A stretch of 42,930 bases of DNA from a virus. The translations under genes and the position numbers were made by a program. The notes under the pieces were generated by a model. It ran no database searches, was not told the origin of the DNA, and saw only the letters and a program-made list of their open reading frames with translations. Position 1 is the stretch's first letter. The number at the start of each line of letters is the position of its first letter. This document shows positions 42,080 to 42,930 of this stretch, in pieces. Location: the UHGV virus genome UHGV-1283594; one strand, written 5' to 3'.

Positions 42080-42119
42080 ACTTTTGCTCTTTTTATTATT
42101 TGGGAAGGAGGTGGAGACA

Positions 42120-42251
42120 ATGGCAGTTATTTATGCGACCCTCATTGTTAAGGGCAAAAAAACCTATGCGCAGGTTCCTGAAAAGATTAAGCCTCAGGTT
42201 CGACAGGTCTTAATCGATCTGGAGTGCGAAGATCTGATCGTGGAGGAATAA
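42120..42251 (+). CDS. XkdX-like small protein, 43 aa (paralog 2)
   Basis: MAVIYATLIVKGKKTYAQVPEKIKPQVRQVLIDL is clearly paralogous to the 41978-42079 peptide. RBS GGGAAGGAGGTGGAG. Confidence 0.4.
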   Translation: MAVIYATLIVKGKKTYAQVPEKIKPQVRQVLIDLECEDLIVEE

Positions 42252-42257
42252 GTTTTA

Positions 42258-42599
42258 ATGGAACCAATTACACAGTACATAGCGGCGCACTGGGTTGCGT
42301 GGCTTTTTGCAGCTATCTCCGGTATCCTGGCTACAGCATATCATAGATTAGCAGGACGATTAAAAAAGGAGCAAATAAAGACACAAGCTATCAATGCTGC
42401 AGTCCTTGCCTTACTTCATGATCGGATCTATCAGGCATGTACATTCTATTTAAAGAGAAAGTATTGTACTGTGGAAGACAGAGATAATTTGGAGTATATG
42501 TTTAGGCCTTATAAAGCATTAGGTGGAAATGGTACTGGAGAAGAGCTTTATAACAGATGTCTGGCTTTACCATATGAGTCGGCAGAGCAGGAGGTATAG
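42258..42599 (+). CDS. Membrane-anchored protein (one N-terminal TM), 113 aa. Possibly lysis-associated.
   Basis: TM HWVAWLFAAISGILATAY. Position immediately upstream of the holin. Confidence 0.4.
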   Translation: MEPITQYIAAHWVAWLFAAISGILATAYHRLAGRLKKEQIKTQAINAAVLALLHDRIYQACTFYLKRKYCTVEDRDNLEYMFRPYKALGGNGTGEELYNRCLALPYESAEQEV

Positions 42600-42601
42600 G
42601 T

Positions 42602-42865
42602 ATGGATTTTGGAATTGCAGGCGTGGCGGCGATCACGGTGATCTGCTATTTAGGCGGAATGGCATGTAAGACGACGGAAAAAGTGAAGGATGAAGTGATA
42701 CCAGTAGTCTGCGGAGTAACTGGCGGCATCCTGGGAGTAGCTGGCATGTATCTTATGCCAGAGTTTCCAGCCACAGATGTGATCAACGCTGCAGCTATTG
42801 GTATTGTATCCGGTCTGGCCGCAACCGGAGCGCACCAGGTCATCAAACAGGCAAGCAAGAAGTAG
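42602..42865 (+). CDS. Holin (small multi-TM, basic C-terminus), 87 aa
   Basis: Two to three TM segments (GIAGVAAITVICYLGGMA; VIPVVCGVTGGILGVAGMYL; AAAIGIVSGLAATGA) plus C-terminal KQASKK. Position at the end of the late operon. Confidence 0.7.
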   Translation: MDFGIAGVAAITVICYLGGMACKTTEKVKDEVIPVVCGVTGGILGVAGMYLMPEFPATDVINAAAIGIVSGLAATGAHQVIKQASKK

Positions 42866-42916
42866 AAGGAGGTGATCCGACTATCTCCCGCAGGCAGTCC
42901 GGGTCATGGCTGCCAT

Positions 42917-42930
42917 TTGCGACGTCGCAA
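42917..42930. repeat. Copy C of the 14-bp perfect palindrome TTGCGACGTCGCAA at the window edge
   Basis: Identical to copy B. A 13-nt perfect anti-16S sequence AAGGAGGTGATCC lies at 42866-42878, just after the holin. Confidence 0.7.

Noticed and set aside
1-42930. CRISPR array, reverse transcriptase/DGR, transposase or IS element
   Set aside because: I scanned for regularly spaced direct repeats and for RT (YxDD) or DDE transposase-like ORFs and saw none. The Ig-like variable-looking proteins are not accompanied by an RT or template repeat.

Overview
This window reads as an almost complete temperate siphovirus genome of about 43 kb from a low-GC Gram-positive (Clostridia/Lachnospiraceae-like) host. 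I infer the host type from the endolysin's cell-wall-binding repeats. Gene order is the canonical one for these phages. A large serine integrase (2256-3782, -) is followed by a lysogeny-expressed minus-strand operon: cI-like XRE repressor, ImmA metalloprotease, and three visibly AT-rich accessory genes. Then come a divergent cro-like gene and a replication/recombination module (SMC-like ATPase, AAA_24 ATPase, DUF669-like protein, SF2 helicase, primase-polymerase/helicase fusion, RusA). After that are an ArpU-like late regulator and a second regulatory module (XRE, Arc-like RHH, Bro-N antirepressor). The late genes follow: terS/terL, SPP1-type portal, head morphogenesis, scaffold, HK97-like capsid, connectors, major tail protein, chaperones, tape measure, tail fiber and Ig-like proteins, two XkdX-like peptides and a holin. 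The holin sits at the right edge of the window and the endolysin at the left edge, so the contig is most plausibly a circular or circularly permuted phage genome rather than an integrated prophage. The most interesting part is the AT-rich island in the lysogeny operon. It pairs an OLD-family-like ABC-ATPase/Toprim nuclease with a Dam-family (D12) N6-adenine methyltransferase and a RhuM-family protein. I do not recognise the nuclease-methyltransferase pairing as a described system. Other notable features are a 14-bp palindrome (TTGCGACGTCGCAA) that brackets accessory gene cassettes in the late region, a P22 immI-like second switch with palindromic operators, an AT-rich two-TM membrane gene just upstream of terS, a tRNA-like relic, an in-frame TAA that splits the tape-measure gene, and a GC-rich repeat block likely to be the origin. 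All calls come from reading the sequence and ORF translations. No database searches were run.
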